Source: Octopus bimaculoides (lineage: Eukaryota). Taken from it: 64,000 bases of DNA. The translations under genes were made by a program, and so were the position numbers. Location of the stretch: assembly GCF_001194135.2 (NCBI RefSeq), contig NC_068990.1, positions 40,444,514-40,508,513 of the forward strand. The letters are read 5' to 3'. Position 1 is the stretch's first letter. Each line of letters opens with the position of its first letter. Below the pieces are notes generated by a model, which worked only from the letters and a program-made list of their open reading frames with translations, did no database searches and was not told where the DNA came from. Below, piece after piece: positions 1-11,300 of this stretch.

Positions 1-396
1 CAGTAAAGGACATAGAGAGGAGATAGATAAAGAAGGTAGATGTAATTGAGTGTAGGCATTTATGTACATATCTCAATGAATAATGTGTGTGTACACAAGT
101 TTATGAGCACATGTGATATATATATATGCATACATTTACGTGTCTGACTGTATGTATGAGTGCATGTATCAGAGAGGATGCATTTACGTGTTCCTAGGTG
201 TTTATATAATGTATATGCATGAGAGTACATGACTATCGGAAGGTGTATGCATTTGATTGTAAGAATGTGGTGCTCCAGCATGGCCACAGTCAAATGACTG
301 AAACAAGTAAAAGAGTAAAAGAGTAATAAGTGTGTGCGTATGTATGTGTTTGTGTGTGTGTGCGTTTGTTTGTATATAAATATATGTATGTATGTA

Positions 397-440
<44 letters not shown>

Positions 441-926
441 TGTGTGTATGTGAATGTGCGCAGGTGTATATGCGTCTGTCTGTTGCTTAGCAACTGAGCT
501 CTATGGAAATGGTAAATAAATAATATACAGCTTACAGAATCAAATTACCAGTGAGATACAGTAACTGGATGGAGGTTGTTAGGAGGTGGAGGTGAACGTA
601 TATGTATTGTATAGGTGTGTGTGTATGTGTATGGGGGTGCAGTACATGGCTGAATGGGTATGCTTTTAGTCACCTGTATATATATTTGAATATGTATAAG
701 TGTTGTTAAGTTCCATCATCTGTATGTGAGAATCATAATCTATGCATGCAAATGTGTGCATTTACAGAGTATTTTGTAGTTACACGCATGATTGTGTATG
801 CATGTATCTGTGATTGTAGAGTGTTGGCTATATGTTTTCTGACCACCTATGTATATGTGTGTGTAGATATAAGCATCAGCATTCACTATTGTGATTATTT
901 ATACATTTATGCAAGTGTGTGAAAGA

Positions 927-958
<32 letters not shown>

Positions 959-1116
959 NNNNNNNNNNNNNNNNNNNNNNNNNNNNNNNNNNNNNNNNNN
1001 NNNNNNNNNNNNNNNNNNNNNNNNNNNNNNNNNNNNNNNNNNNNNNNNNNNNNNNNNNNNNNNNNNNNNNNNNNNNNNNNNNNNNNNNNNNNNNNNNNNN
1101 NNNNNNNNNNNNNNNN

Positions 1117-1162
<46 letters not shown>

Positions 1163-1943
1163 CATGCATGTGGCATGTGCACATGTATGCGTGTGTATGT
1201 GTGTGCACATGTTAAGGTACACTGCATTGTAGATAACAGTGACGATCAATATATAAGAAACAAGTGCTTTCAGTGCATATAATGCTCAAAATCTCAAATC
1301 GTCCCATAGAGCAGAAGATAATATACCAGTTTAGCATACTACCTTTGGAATTCCTATACAAACAGAATATGTATGATGATAATCTTATTACAGAATCTCA
1401 TATATGTAGTATAGTGAACTAAAAAGCTTCAATAAACTTATATTACTCTTGTAATTAGAAGGTAAAAACTATACCATCAGTTGTGTTTAAACTTAAAAAC
1501 AACAAGGAAGATGTGTAATTCAAATAAAATCAAATATTTCAAATTTTTGGAAAATAAAGACAATATAGTTAGGAATAGATTTTGTCTTTAAAGTCAACTG
1601 GTGAAAATAAGGGACATGTTTCTGTCTTATTAGGTTTCTTCTGTGCAAAATGCTCATGTTAGTTAGCAACATTTAGTGATTAGTACAGATAGAAACAGAG
1701 GGAAAAACAGCAAAGCTAAATATAAAAAATAATGATAATATGGCTGATGGAAAATGCCTCAAGGGATGATTCAGCATGCTCTATAAATATATATCTATTA
1801 GTATCTTATATGTGTAATATACTAAGTTGAAAATGTTTGATGAACTAAGATCATCCTTGTAATAAGACAAAAATTGCACTCTGGGGTGGTGTACCAACAA
1901 GAAACATGTTCTGTAAAACTAAATTTGTGAGAGTATACAATAG

Positions 1944-2720
1944 AGGCAAGCATAGCTGTAGGTATATGCACGGGTGCATGGCTAAGAAACTTGCTTCTTA
2001 ATGATGTGATTTTAGGCTCAGTCCACTGTGAGGCATCTTGGGGCAAGTGTCTTCCACAATAGCCCTAGGCCAACCAAAGACTTGTAAGTGGATTTGATAC
2101 ATAGAAACTGACATGTGTGCGTGTGTGTGTGTGTGTGTACTCTTGTTTTGACATCATGTGATGGTTATGAAGGCTCATGACTCAGTGGTTAGAGCATCAG
2201 GCTCACAGTCATGAGGTAGTGAGTTTGATTCCTAGACTGCACAGTATGTTGTGTTCTTGAGCAAGATAATTTACTTCATGTTGCTCCAGTTCACTCAGCT
2301 GTAGAAAGGAGTTGTAACATCAATGGCCCCGAAGCTGTATTGTCTTTTGCCTTTCCCTTGGATAACATCAGTAGCATGGAGAGGGGAGACTGGTATGCAT
2401 GGGCAACTGTTGGTCTTCCATAAAAATAACCTTGCTTGGACTTGTGCCTCGAGGAGAACTTTTTAGGTGAAATCCCATGGTCATTCATGACCGAAAGGGG
2501 TCTTTTTTTTTATGGTTATAAATGAGCATCGCTATCATACAAGTGATGTTTGTTTCTAGTTTTCCATGAAAAAATGTCTGGCCATGGGGAAATATGACCT
2601 TGTTCGAAAAAACTGAAGGTTGCTGACAGGAAGGACATCAAACTGTTGAAAATTTGCCTAAACAAATTTTGTCAACTCTTTGTTAGCATAGAAGAGTGAA
2701 TGTTAAAATTAGGATGATGA
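1944..2720 (+). mobile_element. SINE family A-prime: tRNA-like head + CORE-like segment + RTE-type 3' tail, interrupted by a nested family C SINE
   Basis: Head/core matches other family A copies (ggcatcttggggcaagtgtcttccacaatagcc...ccaaagacttgtaagtggatttg). After (TG)n comes a tail ending gacaggaaggacatc...gcatagaagagtgaatgttaaaattaggatgatgat, the same tail as the RTE 3'UTR copies. Confidence 0.75.
2169..2511 (+). mobile_element. SINE family C (tRNA-derived, CORE-like central domain), nested insertion with 8-bp TSD
   Basis: A-box TGACTCAGTGGTTAG, B-box GAGTTTGATTCC, core ttcttgagcaagataatttacttcatgttgctccagttcactcagctgta, T-rich end. ATGGTTAT is duplicated at 2161-2168 and 2512-2519. Confidence 0.85.
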
Positions 2721-2954
2721 TATAGTGAGTCAACTGTACAGTTGAGTACCTACAATAACAACAATTGATAAATCTAAAAAACAATTTACCATACTTATGA
2801 AGATTAATGAACAATGTAGAATTTCTAAAATCACAAATTTGTGAACATTGGAGAACGTTTATAAGAATTCATATATTCTGGACTGCTTATAGCAGCTAAT
2901 TGACAAATAATAACCCAAACATACACATACCCCCAAAAAATATGCATCCATATA

Positions 2955-3360
2955 GGCATAGGAGTGGCTGTGTGGTAAGTAGCTTGCTTATGAACCACAT
3001 AGCTCTGGGTTCAGTCCCACTGCGTGGCATCTTGGGCAAGTGTCTTCTACTATAGCCTCGGGCCGACCAAAGCCTTGTGAGTGGATTTGGTAGACGGAAA
3101 CTGAAAGAAGCCTGTCGTATATATGTATATATATGTATGTGTGTGTATATGTTTGTGTGTCTGTTTGTCCCCCCAACATCGCTTGACAACCGATGCTGGT
3201 GTGTTTATGTCCCAGTACCTTAGCGGTTCAGCAAAAGAGATCGATAGAATAAGTACTAGGCTTCCAAAGAATAAGTCCTGGGGTCAATTTGTTCGACTAA
3301 AGGCAGTGCTCCAGCATGGCCACAATGAAATGACTGAAACAAAAGAGTAAAAGAGTAAAG
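2955..3360 (+). mobile_element. SINE family A, full length (tRNA head, CORE-like domain, internal TA/TG microsatellite, tail ending (AAAAGAGT)n)
   Basis: A-box TGGCTGTGTGGTAAG, B-box GGTTCAGTCCC, core cttgggcaagtgtcttctactatagcc, tail gtgctccagcatggccacaatgaaatgactgaaacaaaagagtaaaagag. At least 12 copies or fragments occur in the window. Confidence 0.9.
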
Positions 3361-4197
3361 TAAATATATTATATTCTTTCTTTGCCATGGTGTTGGACAT
3401 TTTAAAAAAGCTTAAACCATCTTAATTAAGCATAACAATTTGTCCATCAGCTTTCAATCACCACAACTGGTTTGATCCCTATGAGAAACACTGACCTGCA
3501 GTAAAATTCAGCCTGAATTTACTGTGAAAAAATCTAAAAAATATCTCTTCTACTCACTGACTTCTGCTTAGTATTCATTTACTTAGTCTAAATATAAGAA
3601 ATATTACCATATCTGGTATGATGCAACTGACTTTAAATTCACATTAGACCTCAAGTATACATAAGATTGAGTTTAGATGCACACATGCACTTATTGGTTT
3701 AAAGTTTATGTTAAACTGACAGGAGTCCAAATCATTACAACAACGAGTCTAATTATAAGTGGGTTGATCAACATATGTCCAGTTATTACTGTTGGTAATA
3801 ACTGGATATTGACATAATGAGAGTGATCATTAGATTAATATTGGTAATAACTGAAAAGAACTTATGTTTCAATCTGAAGTGAATGACATCTATATATTTC
3901 AAATAACTAATCTGGGTGTCTGTGAATGACTATAGTATGTCTCATATTATTGCTAATAATTGCAGAGTATGACATGTGATATGAAAATATACTTTGTTTA
4001 AATATCAGTAATAATATAACCTTATTATTATATCATATTACAAGGATGGAGCAGGGTTTAAATATTGGTTATAGCTGTATACTTCATCTGAGACAGATTG
4101 TGTAAATTCCACAGTTCATCAAAAACTGACCATGTCCTAAATTCATGACTTCATATATATACTCATACCCAAATGTGGCTTTAGGTACATGGTTTTA

Positions 4198-4327
4198 GGC
4201 ACAGAAGTGGCTGCATGATTAAGAAGTTTGCTTTTCCACCACATGGTTTTGGGTTCAGTCTCAAGGCATGACACAATGGGCAGGTATCTTCTATTACAGG
4301 CTGGGGATGAATAAATTTTTGTATGTA

Positions 4328-4385
<58 letters not shown>

Positions 4386-4678
4386 NNNNNNNNNNNNNNN
4401 NNNNNNNNNNNNNNNNNNNNNNNNNNNNNNNNNNNNNNNNNNNNNNNNNNNNNNNNNNNNNNNNNNNNNNNNNNNNNNNNNNNNNNNNNNNNNNNNNNNN
4501 NNNNNNNNNNNNNNNNNNNNNNNNNNNNNNNNNNNNNNNNNNNNNNNNNNNNNNNNNNNNNNNNNNNNNNNNNNNNNNNNNNNNNNNNNNNNNNNNNNNN
4601 NNNNNNNNNNNNNNNNNNNNNNNNNNNNNNNNNNNNNNNNNNNNNNNNNNNNNNNNNNNNNNNNNNNNNNNNNNNNNN

Positions 4679-4734
<56 letters not shown>

Positions 4735-4970
4735 CTGAGTATGTGTATATTTGTGTCTCCATTTCTTGAAATGGCATGAATGTTGTAAGTAAATGTTATT
4801 TCTTTCCAATATTCTGCGAAAAATTGTCTAGCTATGAGAAAATATTACCTCACTTGGAAACAGATGAGTGTTGGGAACAGGAACTGCATCTAGCTGTAGA
4901 AAATCTGCTTAAATAAACTTCATTAGACCCAGACAAGCATGGAAAAGTGGACATTAAAACAATTGTGATG
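4198..4970 (+). mobile_element. SINE family A-prime with expanded internal (TG)n spanning an assembly gap
   Basis: Family A head at 4198-4320, (TG)n plus N gap at 4332-4732, RTE-type tail ending gcatggaaaagtggacattaaaacaattgtgatg. Confidence 0.75.
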
Positions 4971-5049
4971 GAAAATCAGTGATATACACACATATTATAT
5001 CTTGCATTACTGAGTTTTGCCTGTGGCGACAATGGTTCTCAAGCATATG

Positions 5050-5800
5050 TTGTAACTTGCCATCCCAACCTTATGGCTCTGGATTCAGTCCCACTGCATG
5101 GAACCTTGTACAAGTGTCTTCTACTATAATCTCAAACTGACCAAAGCCTTGTGAGAGTTTGGTAGACAGTAAATGAAAGAAGCCCATCGTATATATATAT
5201 ATATATANNNNNNNNNNNNNNNNNNNNNNNNNNNNNNNNNNNNNNNNNNNNNNNNNNNNNNNNNNNNNNNNNNNNNNNNNNNNNNNNNNNNNNNNNNNNN
5301 NNNNNNNNNNNNNNNNNNNNNNNNNNNNNNNNNNNNNNNNNNNNNNNNNNNNNNNNNNNNNNNNNNNNNNNNNNNNNNNNNNNNNNNNNNNNNNNNNNNN
5401 NNNNNNNNNNNNNNNNNNNNNNNNNNNNNNNNNNNNNNNNNNNNNNNNNNNNNNNNNNNNNNNNNNNNNNNNNNNNNNNNNNNNNNNNNNNNNNNNNNNN
5501 NNNNNNNNNNNNNNNNNNNNNNNNNNNNNNNNNNNNNNNNNNNNTATGTATGCATGTATATATATATGTTTGTATGTGTCTTCATGTCTGTTTGTCTCCT
5601 GCCATCTCTTGACAACTGGTGTTGGTGTGTTTACATCCCTGTAACTTAGCAATTCAGCTAAAGAGACCAATAGAATAAGTACCAGGTTTCAAAATAAAAA
5701 CTGGGGTCAATTATTTCAACTAAAAAAAAAAAATTCCTCAAGGTGGTGCCCCAGCATGGCAGCAGTCTGATGATTGAAACAAGTAAAAGGATAAAAGAAT
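5050..5800 (+). mobile_element. SINE family A with expanded internal (TA)n spanning an assembly gap
   Basis: Head/core 5050-5190, (TA)n plus Ns 5191-5570, family A tail to 5800. Confidence 0.85.
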
Positions 5801-5805
5801 GTGTA

Positions 5806-5850
<45 letters not shown>

Positions 5851-5905
5851 GTGTGTGTTTCTTTCACTGTGCAGAACAGGAGATAAAATATATAAATTAA
5901 AAATC

Positions 5906-5938
<33 letters not shown>

Positions 5939-6402
5939 TATTAATTTATATTTCTTGTTAACATAATTCTTTTATCATGGAGTTCAGTGGTAGAATGAAT
6001 GAAGAGGGCATTGAATTCTACTCCTTGAAAGAACAAAAGTTTTTCAATGGACTTTGTTACCTGTATCATTCACATATGAACAGAAGTAAAGAAACAATGG
6101 GTGATAATCCCTGTAAAATTTATCCACATTGCTTGGCATAAATCATGGTATAACTTCTAATATATGTGTGAAACACTGTCAGTTTTGACAGGATAAGCAT
6201 ACAGTGGTTTAATGAAAGAGTAGCTGGAGAAACTTTCTATAATTACAAAAAGTAGTGCATATCATTTTAAACTCAAATTCTCTTTGGATCCAATCCTTTA
6301 AACTATTTTTAATAAAAATTTCGTTGTTCTTCTCCAGAAGTTTTTATCAAATATATGGAATGCATCTTATGTCAATACATTCATTAAGTACCAATTGATA
6401 TA

Positions 6403-6796
6403 GGTTGTTGGTTGTTGTTGGCACTCCGTCGCTTACGACGTCGAGGGTTCCAGTTGATCCAATCAACGGAACAGCCTGCTCGTGAAATTAACGTGCAACT
6501 GGCTGAGCACTCCACAGACACGTGTACCCTTAACGTAGTTCTTGGGGATATTCAGCGTGACACAGTGTGACAAGGCTGGCCCTTTGAATTACAGGCACAA
6601 CAGAAACAGGAAGTAAGAATGAGAGAAAGTTGTGGTGGAAGAGTACAGCAGGGTTCGCCACCATCCCCTGCCGGAGCCTCGTGGAGCTTTAGGTGTTTTC
6701 GCTCAATAAACACTCACAACGCCCGGTCTCGGAATCGAAACCGCGATCCTATGACCGCGAGTCTGCTGTCCCAACCACTGGGCCATTGCGCCTCTA
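6403..6796 (-). mobile_element. SINE family D (tRNA-Arg-like head, (AAC)n tail), full length
   Basis: Reverse complement of the copy at 23351-23738. TSD ccaattgatata (6391-6402) / ccatttgatata (6797-6808), one mismatch. Confidence 0.9.
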
Positions 6797-6844
6797 CCAT
6801 TTGATATATCATCATCATCATCATCATCATCATTTGATATATCA

Positions 6845-7115
6845 TCATCATCATCATCATCATCATCATTATTTTAACATCCACTTTTCTATGACTTAAT
6901 AAGAGTTTATTGAAGCAGATTTTCTACAACAGCATGCCCTTCCTGTTGCCAACCCTCACCACCTTGTAAGCAAGATAATATATTCCCATGGCCAGACATG
7001 TTTCTGCAGGATATTGGAAATGAACGACATTGCTTCTAAGACAGTGATGCTCATTTTCAACTGTTATGAAATATGAAGACAAGGAGATACAAACATACAC
7101 ACACACACCCACACT
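6845..7115 (-). mobile_element. SINE family A-prime 3' half (RTE-type tail)
   Basis: (CAT)n then ttaacatccacttttctatg...gcatgcccttcctgttgccaaccctcacc...cccatggccagacatg, the reverse complement of the A-prime tail. Confidence 0.7.
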
Positions 7116-7733
7116 CACATGGCATAAACACACATGTGTATGAGTCGGTGTGTGTACATATAATAGGATACAGCAACTACAGCATAGAAGGGCCATTTAA
7201 CCGCACAATGTAAATTGACTTTAAATTGAAATTTATTTCATAAGGTGAAAAAATTTTCGTTGCATAACTGTGTGGAGCTATGTCAATGACCATGCTGTGA
7301 CCAGGTGTGTGATGAAAAATCTGGCACCTCATGCAGTAAATTTAGATTGAATTTAACAGCTTTGTATGTTATTAAATAAATGGGTCTTCTGTGATGTAAC
7401 TACTTCACTTTCAATACAGTTTCAGATCAAGTCACTTGCTAGACGAGTACAAGGGATGAGTTTATATATATATAAATTTATATGTATATAAATTAATGTA
7501 TAAGTATAGGTGTGTTTGTGTATATAGGTTTGTATATGTGTATATGAGTGTGTACATATGTGTATATGTATGTGTATATATGTGTGTGTGTGTATAATGT
7601 GAGAATGACTGCTTTTAGATGCAAGTCTATGCATTTATGAATCTACACGAGTACTATTTAACTTGCATGTTTTCATATGTGAAACCAAAATTAAAAGTAA
7701 TTGGATATGCCTTTACAGAGATGTCTAACTATA

Positions 7734-8187
7734 GGCGCAGGAGTGGCTGTGTGGTAAGTAGCTTCCATACCAACAACATGGTTCCGGGTTCAGTCCCACT
7801 GTGTGGCACCATGGGCAAGTGGCTTCTACTATAGCCTCGGGCCGACCAAACCCTTGTGAGTGGATTTGGTAGACAGAAACTGAAAGAAGCCCGTCGTATA
7901 TATGTATGTATATGTTTGTGTACCTGTGTTTGTCCCTCCAACATCGCTTGACAACCGATGCTGGTGTGTTTATGTCCCCGTAACTTAGCGGTTCAGCAAA
8001 ATAGACCAATATAATAAGTACTAGGCATCCAAAGAGTAAGTCCTGGGGTCGATTTGCTCGACTAAAGGCAGTGCTCCAGNNNNNNNNNNTCCAAAGAGTA
8101 AGTCCTGGGGTCGATTTGCTCGACTAAAGGCAGTGCTCCAGCATGGCCACAGTCAAATGACTGAAACAAGTAAAAGAGTAAAAGAGT
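7734..8187 (+). mobile_element. SINE family A, full length
   Basis: Near-consensus copy. A 52-bp segment is repeated on both sides of a 10-N gap. Confidence 0.9.
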
Positions 8188-8565
8188 ATACTTACATGAC
8201 TGAGTGTTTATGTATTAATTGAAATTCAAACTCCAGATGTGTATATGTATGTGTATATGTGTGTATATATGCTTATATGTAAATATGTATGTGTAACTGC
8301 TTGTACATATTTTTATTATAATATGGAAGTCCCAGTATTTATCAGTGAATATAAATTTCTATAATTGGGTAGGTATACGTTTGTCTATGTATATGTAGTA
8401 TATCATATGCTTATGCTTACATATATGTGACTGTCTACATCTATCAAGTAATTCTAGGATAGTCAACAAGTCAGTGAGGTAGAAATTCTTCAATTAGTAC
8501 AAAAATTTCGACAATTTATGATCTATTTATCTGTAATTGTTTGTAAATCCACTCATTATCTTTAA

Positions 8566-8608
<43 letters not shown>

Positions 8609-8612
8609 CATG

Positions 8613-8644
<32 letters not shown>

Positions 8645-8959
8645 CATAAAAAAATAATAAATGAAGCAAAAAAAAAAAAAAGAAGCAAAGAAACATAATG
8701 TTTCCTCTTGTGCTTGCTTGCTTTGGCCTAGATTTCAAATATCTCACCTCTGCCTCTCTCTATTTCTCCAACACTACTTAACATAAATAGAACACAAATG
8801 CAATGTATTCATAATTAAATAAAAAAAAAATTTAACTTTAATTGAGCTAGGTTACATATGCAAATAATTGTTTTAATTCAATGGTTGGAAGTATTCAAAT
8901 AGGATTAGAAAGGAAATGAGATAACACAGACACACACACACATATATACTTATTTACTA

Positions 8960-8976
8960 GTGCTGCTGCTGCTGCA

Positions 8977-9046
<70 letters not shown>
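8960..9046. repeat. (GCT)n-(ACT)n trinucleotide microsatellite
   Basis: Direct reading; explains the poly-V/poly-A in ORF 8895-9260. Confidence 0.95.
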
Positions 9047-10419
9047 TATGCATAGAAGTGATGCTGGAGTAAGACACTCCCATGAGCAGCTGTTGGCTGG
9101 AGTTCCCAGTGGTTTTAACACTTTCTGAGAGGGTCGGTCCATCCAGCAGTATTAACCTGTATGATTCTAGCTGAGTATTCCTAGGTTGTCTGAATATATA
9201 AGAACTAAAACTAATGGTACTGCTTCTTCCTAGGTATGCGATAGAACCAGAAAGAAACACCTAGAACTTTGATGGGAGTCTTAGCCATTATAGATATGTT
9301 GATATAAGACTGAAAAGTAGACAAAGAGGTCTTGTTGTAAGTAAAAAAACCTAAAAGGTAAAATGATATTCAATAATGATCCCTACAACTCAAGCCAACA
9401 TGGAGAAAAAGACATAAAACCTATCATTTTGATGACAATGATGACAATAATGATGATGATATTAAAAAACAATGATGATAACAATGTATATGTATGAACT
9501 TTACCATATTTAGTCAATTATCTAACATTTCTTGAATGCAATCCTTCAAGGACTAATGTTGCCTTTCTAAATCCAGTCATGAATGTAATATGATACCAGT
9601 AATATGCTAAGGCATCACTAAATCAGCTGTGCCTTTGAAGAAAGGATAAAAATTATATATGAATGCATTTACAGAGTGTTTTAGTTGGAAGAGGAGCAGT
9701 ATTGACTGTTGTCTGTGTGAATCTCTGCTCTGAACAAAAACAGAATATAAAGAAAAGTCATCTGAGTACCATCCAGATATTCATTGGCTGAGAGTTAGGA
9801 TTCTGTGGGTGTTTTATGATGTGTGTGTGTGTGTGTGTGTGGATAATCTTGAAACTACAACTAATGCACTGTTCATCACGATTATTTATCTGCACTTTTT
9901 AAAAGGACCTGATGAACAGAAATGTTGTTAGGTCAATTACCAAGCAGTCCCTACTAAGGGTTTCTTGATTTTTGTTTTTTTTTCCTGTAAGTTAGTCATA
10001 GAGGAGGATCTTTGAGCAGGCTCCTCAATATTTGTAAGAAAGATATGCATGAGATGGGAACTAGGAGTCTCGACTGAATGCCTGGAACAGAATGAAATTT
10101 TATTAAAGGCACTAGGTGATGGTTTTCAACTAGGCAACATGTACAAAGTCTATGCCTGTTAACAACTAATTCAATGCCAACATACACTTACTAATCATTG
10201 AGCATGCACATACCTGTGGAAATTCTCAGAGTGACAATATAAACTTACTTCCATTTCATAAGCAATTGACAGTTAAAAGTATGAATGCATTTTCTGGTTT
10301 TGGCAGATTTTCATTTATTTTGAATATGAATATGTTGTATGCCATTCTAGAATCTATGAAGTTGATATTAATATAATAATGAATGTGGTAGTTAATAGAA
10401 CTGACAGATTCTTTCTGCC

Positions 10420-10945
10420 TCCATACACTATCCTTCCATGCCATACCATGCTGCCCTTGACAAGATCATAAAGCATAGCCTGGACACCACATGCCTCCCT
10501 TCCCAACTCAAGCCAGTGGGGCTAAGCCAAAGGGATGGTAAAAGGCTGGACAATATGACAGTTTTCCCATTCTGTGGTGGTAGGCCCCTCATCTGGGATG
10601 CCACATGCTGTGACACCTTCTCCAGTGGCAACTTGGAGTTGTCAGCTACTAGCCCAGGCGCTGCTGCCCATCAGACTGAGAAAAGCAAACTGTCAAGGTA
10701 TTGGTTGCTCTCTGACAGGTCTATGGCTGAGCCTGTGGGAGTTAAGACCTCCGACATTCTTGCCCCCACCCTCCCCACCTCCAATAGTCATATCCCTGCT
10801 CCCCACTATCAGGGCAGAGATTGTCTACAAGTGCAAGACCCATGAGTCAGAGGGGCTGTTCCCGCACATCTCCCTCGCTATCCTCTGGGGTAACACCTTT
10901 TCCATTTTGTCTGCTAGTGTCACCAGAAATATTTCTATATTGTGA
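10420..10945 (+). mobile_element. Decayed 3' end of an RLE-type non-LTR retrotransposon (CRE-clade-like restriction-like endonuclease domain)
   Basis: Translates as HAALDKIIKHSL...LPSQLKPVGLSQRDGKRLDNMTVFPFCGGRPLIWDATCCDTF...PGAAAHQTEKSKLSRY...PVGVKTS. After a frameshift it reads ESEGLFPHISLAILWGNTFSIL. This fits the RHxxLNDII...DGKRPDG..P..GGR.L.WDAT...E..K..KY...P...ET.G...FQRISLAILRGN pattern. Confidence 0.8.
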
Positions 10946-10982
10946 GAAGCAAGATTCTCTGTTAATCCATCATGCACACTAT

Positions 10983-11300
10983 ATCATCATCGTCGTTTAA
11001 TGTTCGCTTTCCATGCTTGCATGGGTTGGAAGATTTGACTGAGGACTGGTGAAACCAGATGGCTACACCAAGCTCCAATCTGATTTGGCAGAGTTTCTAC
11101 AGCTGGATGCCCTTCCTAACGCCAACCACTCAAAGAGTGTAGTGGGTGCTTTTACGTGCTACCAGCACAAAGGCCAGCCAGGCCGTACTGGCAACGGCCA
11201 CGCTCAAAATGGTGTATTTTATGTGCCACCCACACAAGAGCCAGTCCAGGGGCACTGGCAACGATCTCGCTCAAAAACGCTCAAAATGGTGTATTTTATT
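10983..11300 (-). mobile_element. RTE-type LINE 3'UTR (5'-truncated) with internal ~67-bp tandem units
   Basis: (CAT)n, gtttaatgttcgctttccatgcttgcatggg...ctggatgcccttcctaacgccaaccact. Homologous copies at 21165, 48335, 52577, 53436 and 60560. Confidence 0.8.

Noticed and set aside
876-1249. Long ORFs rich in YI, CV, HT or X (here and throughout the ORF track)
   Set aside because: They are translations of (TA)n, (TG)n, (CA)n and N runs, not genes.
2955-3030. tRNA-like sequences with A and B boxes
   Set aside because: They are SINE heads, continuous with SINE bodies and lacking a proper acceptor stem, not functional tRNA genes.
5960-6390. Short plus-strand ORF MEFSGRMNEEGIEF... (54 aa)
   Set aside because: No known motif. 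The minus strand shows weak L1/Tx1-like RT traces (QG..P...LLFI), so it is probably TE debris.
8028-8141. Exact 52-bp duplication inside a SINE
   Set aside because: The copies sit on either side of a 10-N gap, the typical signature of unmerged overlapping contig ends.
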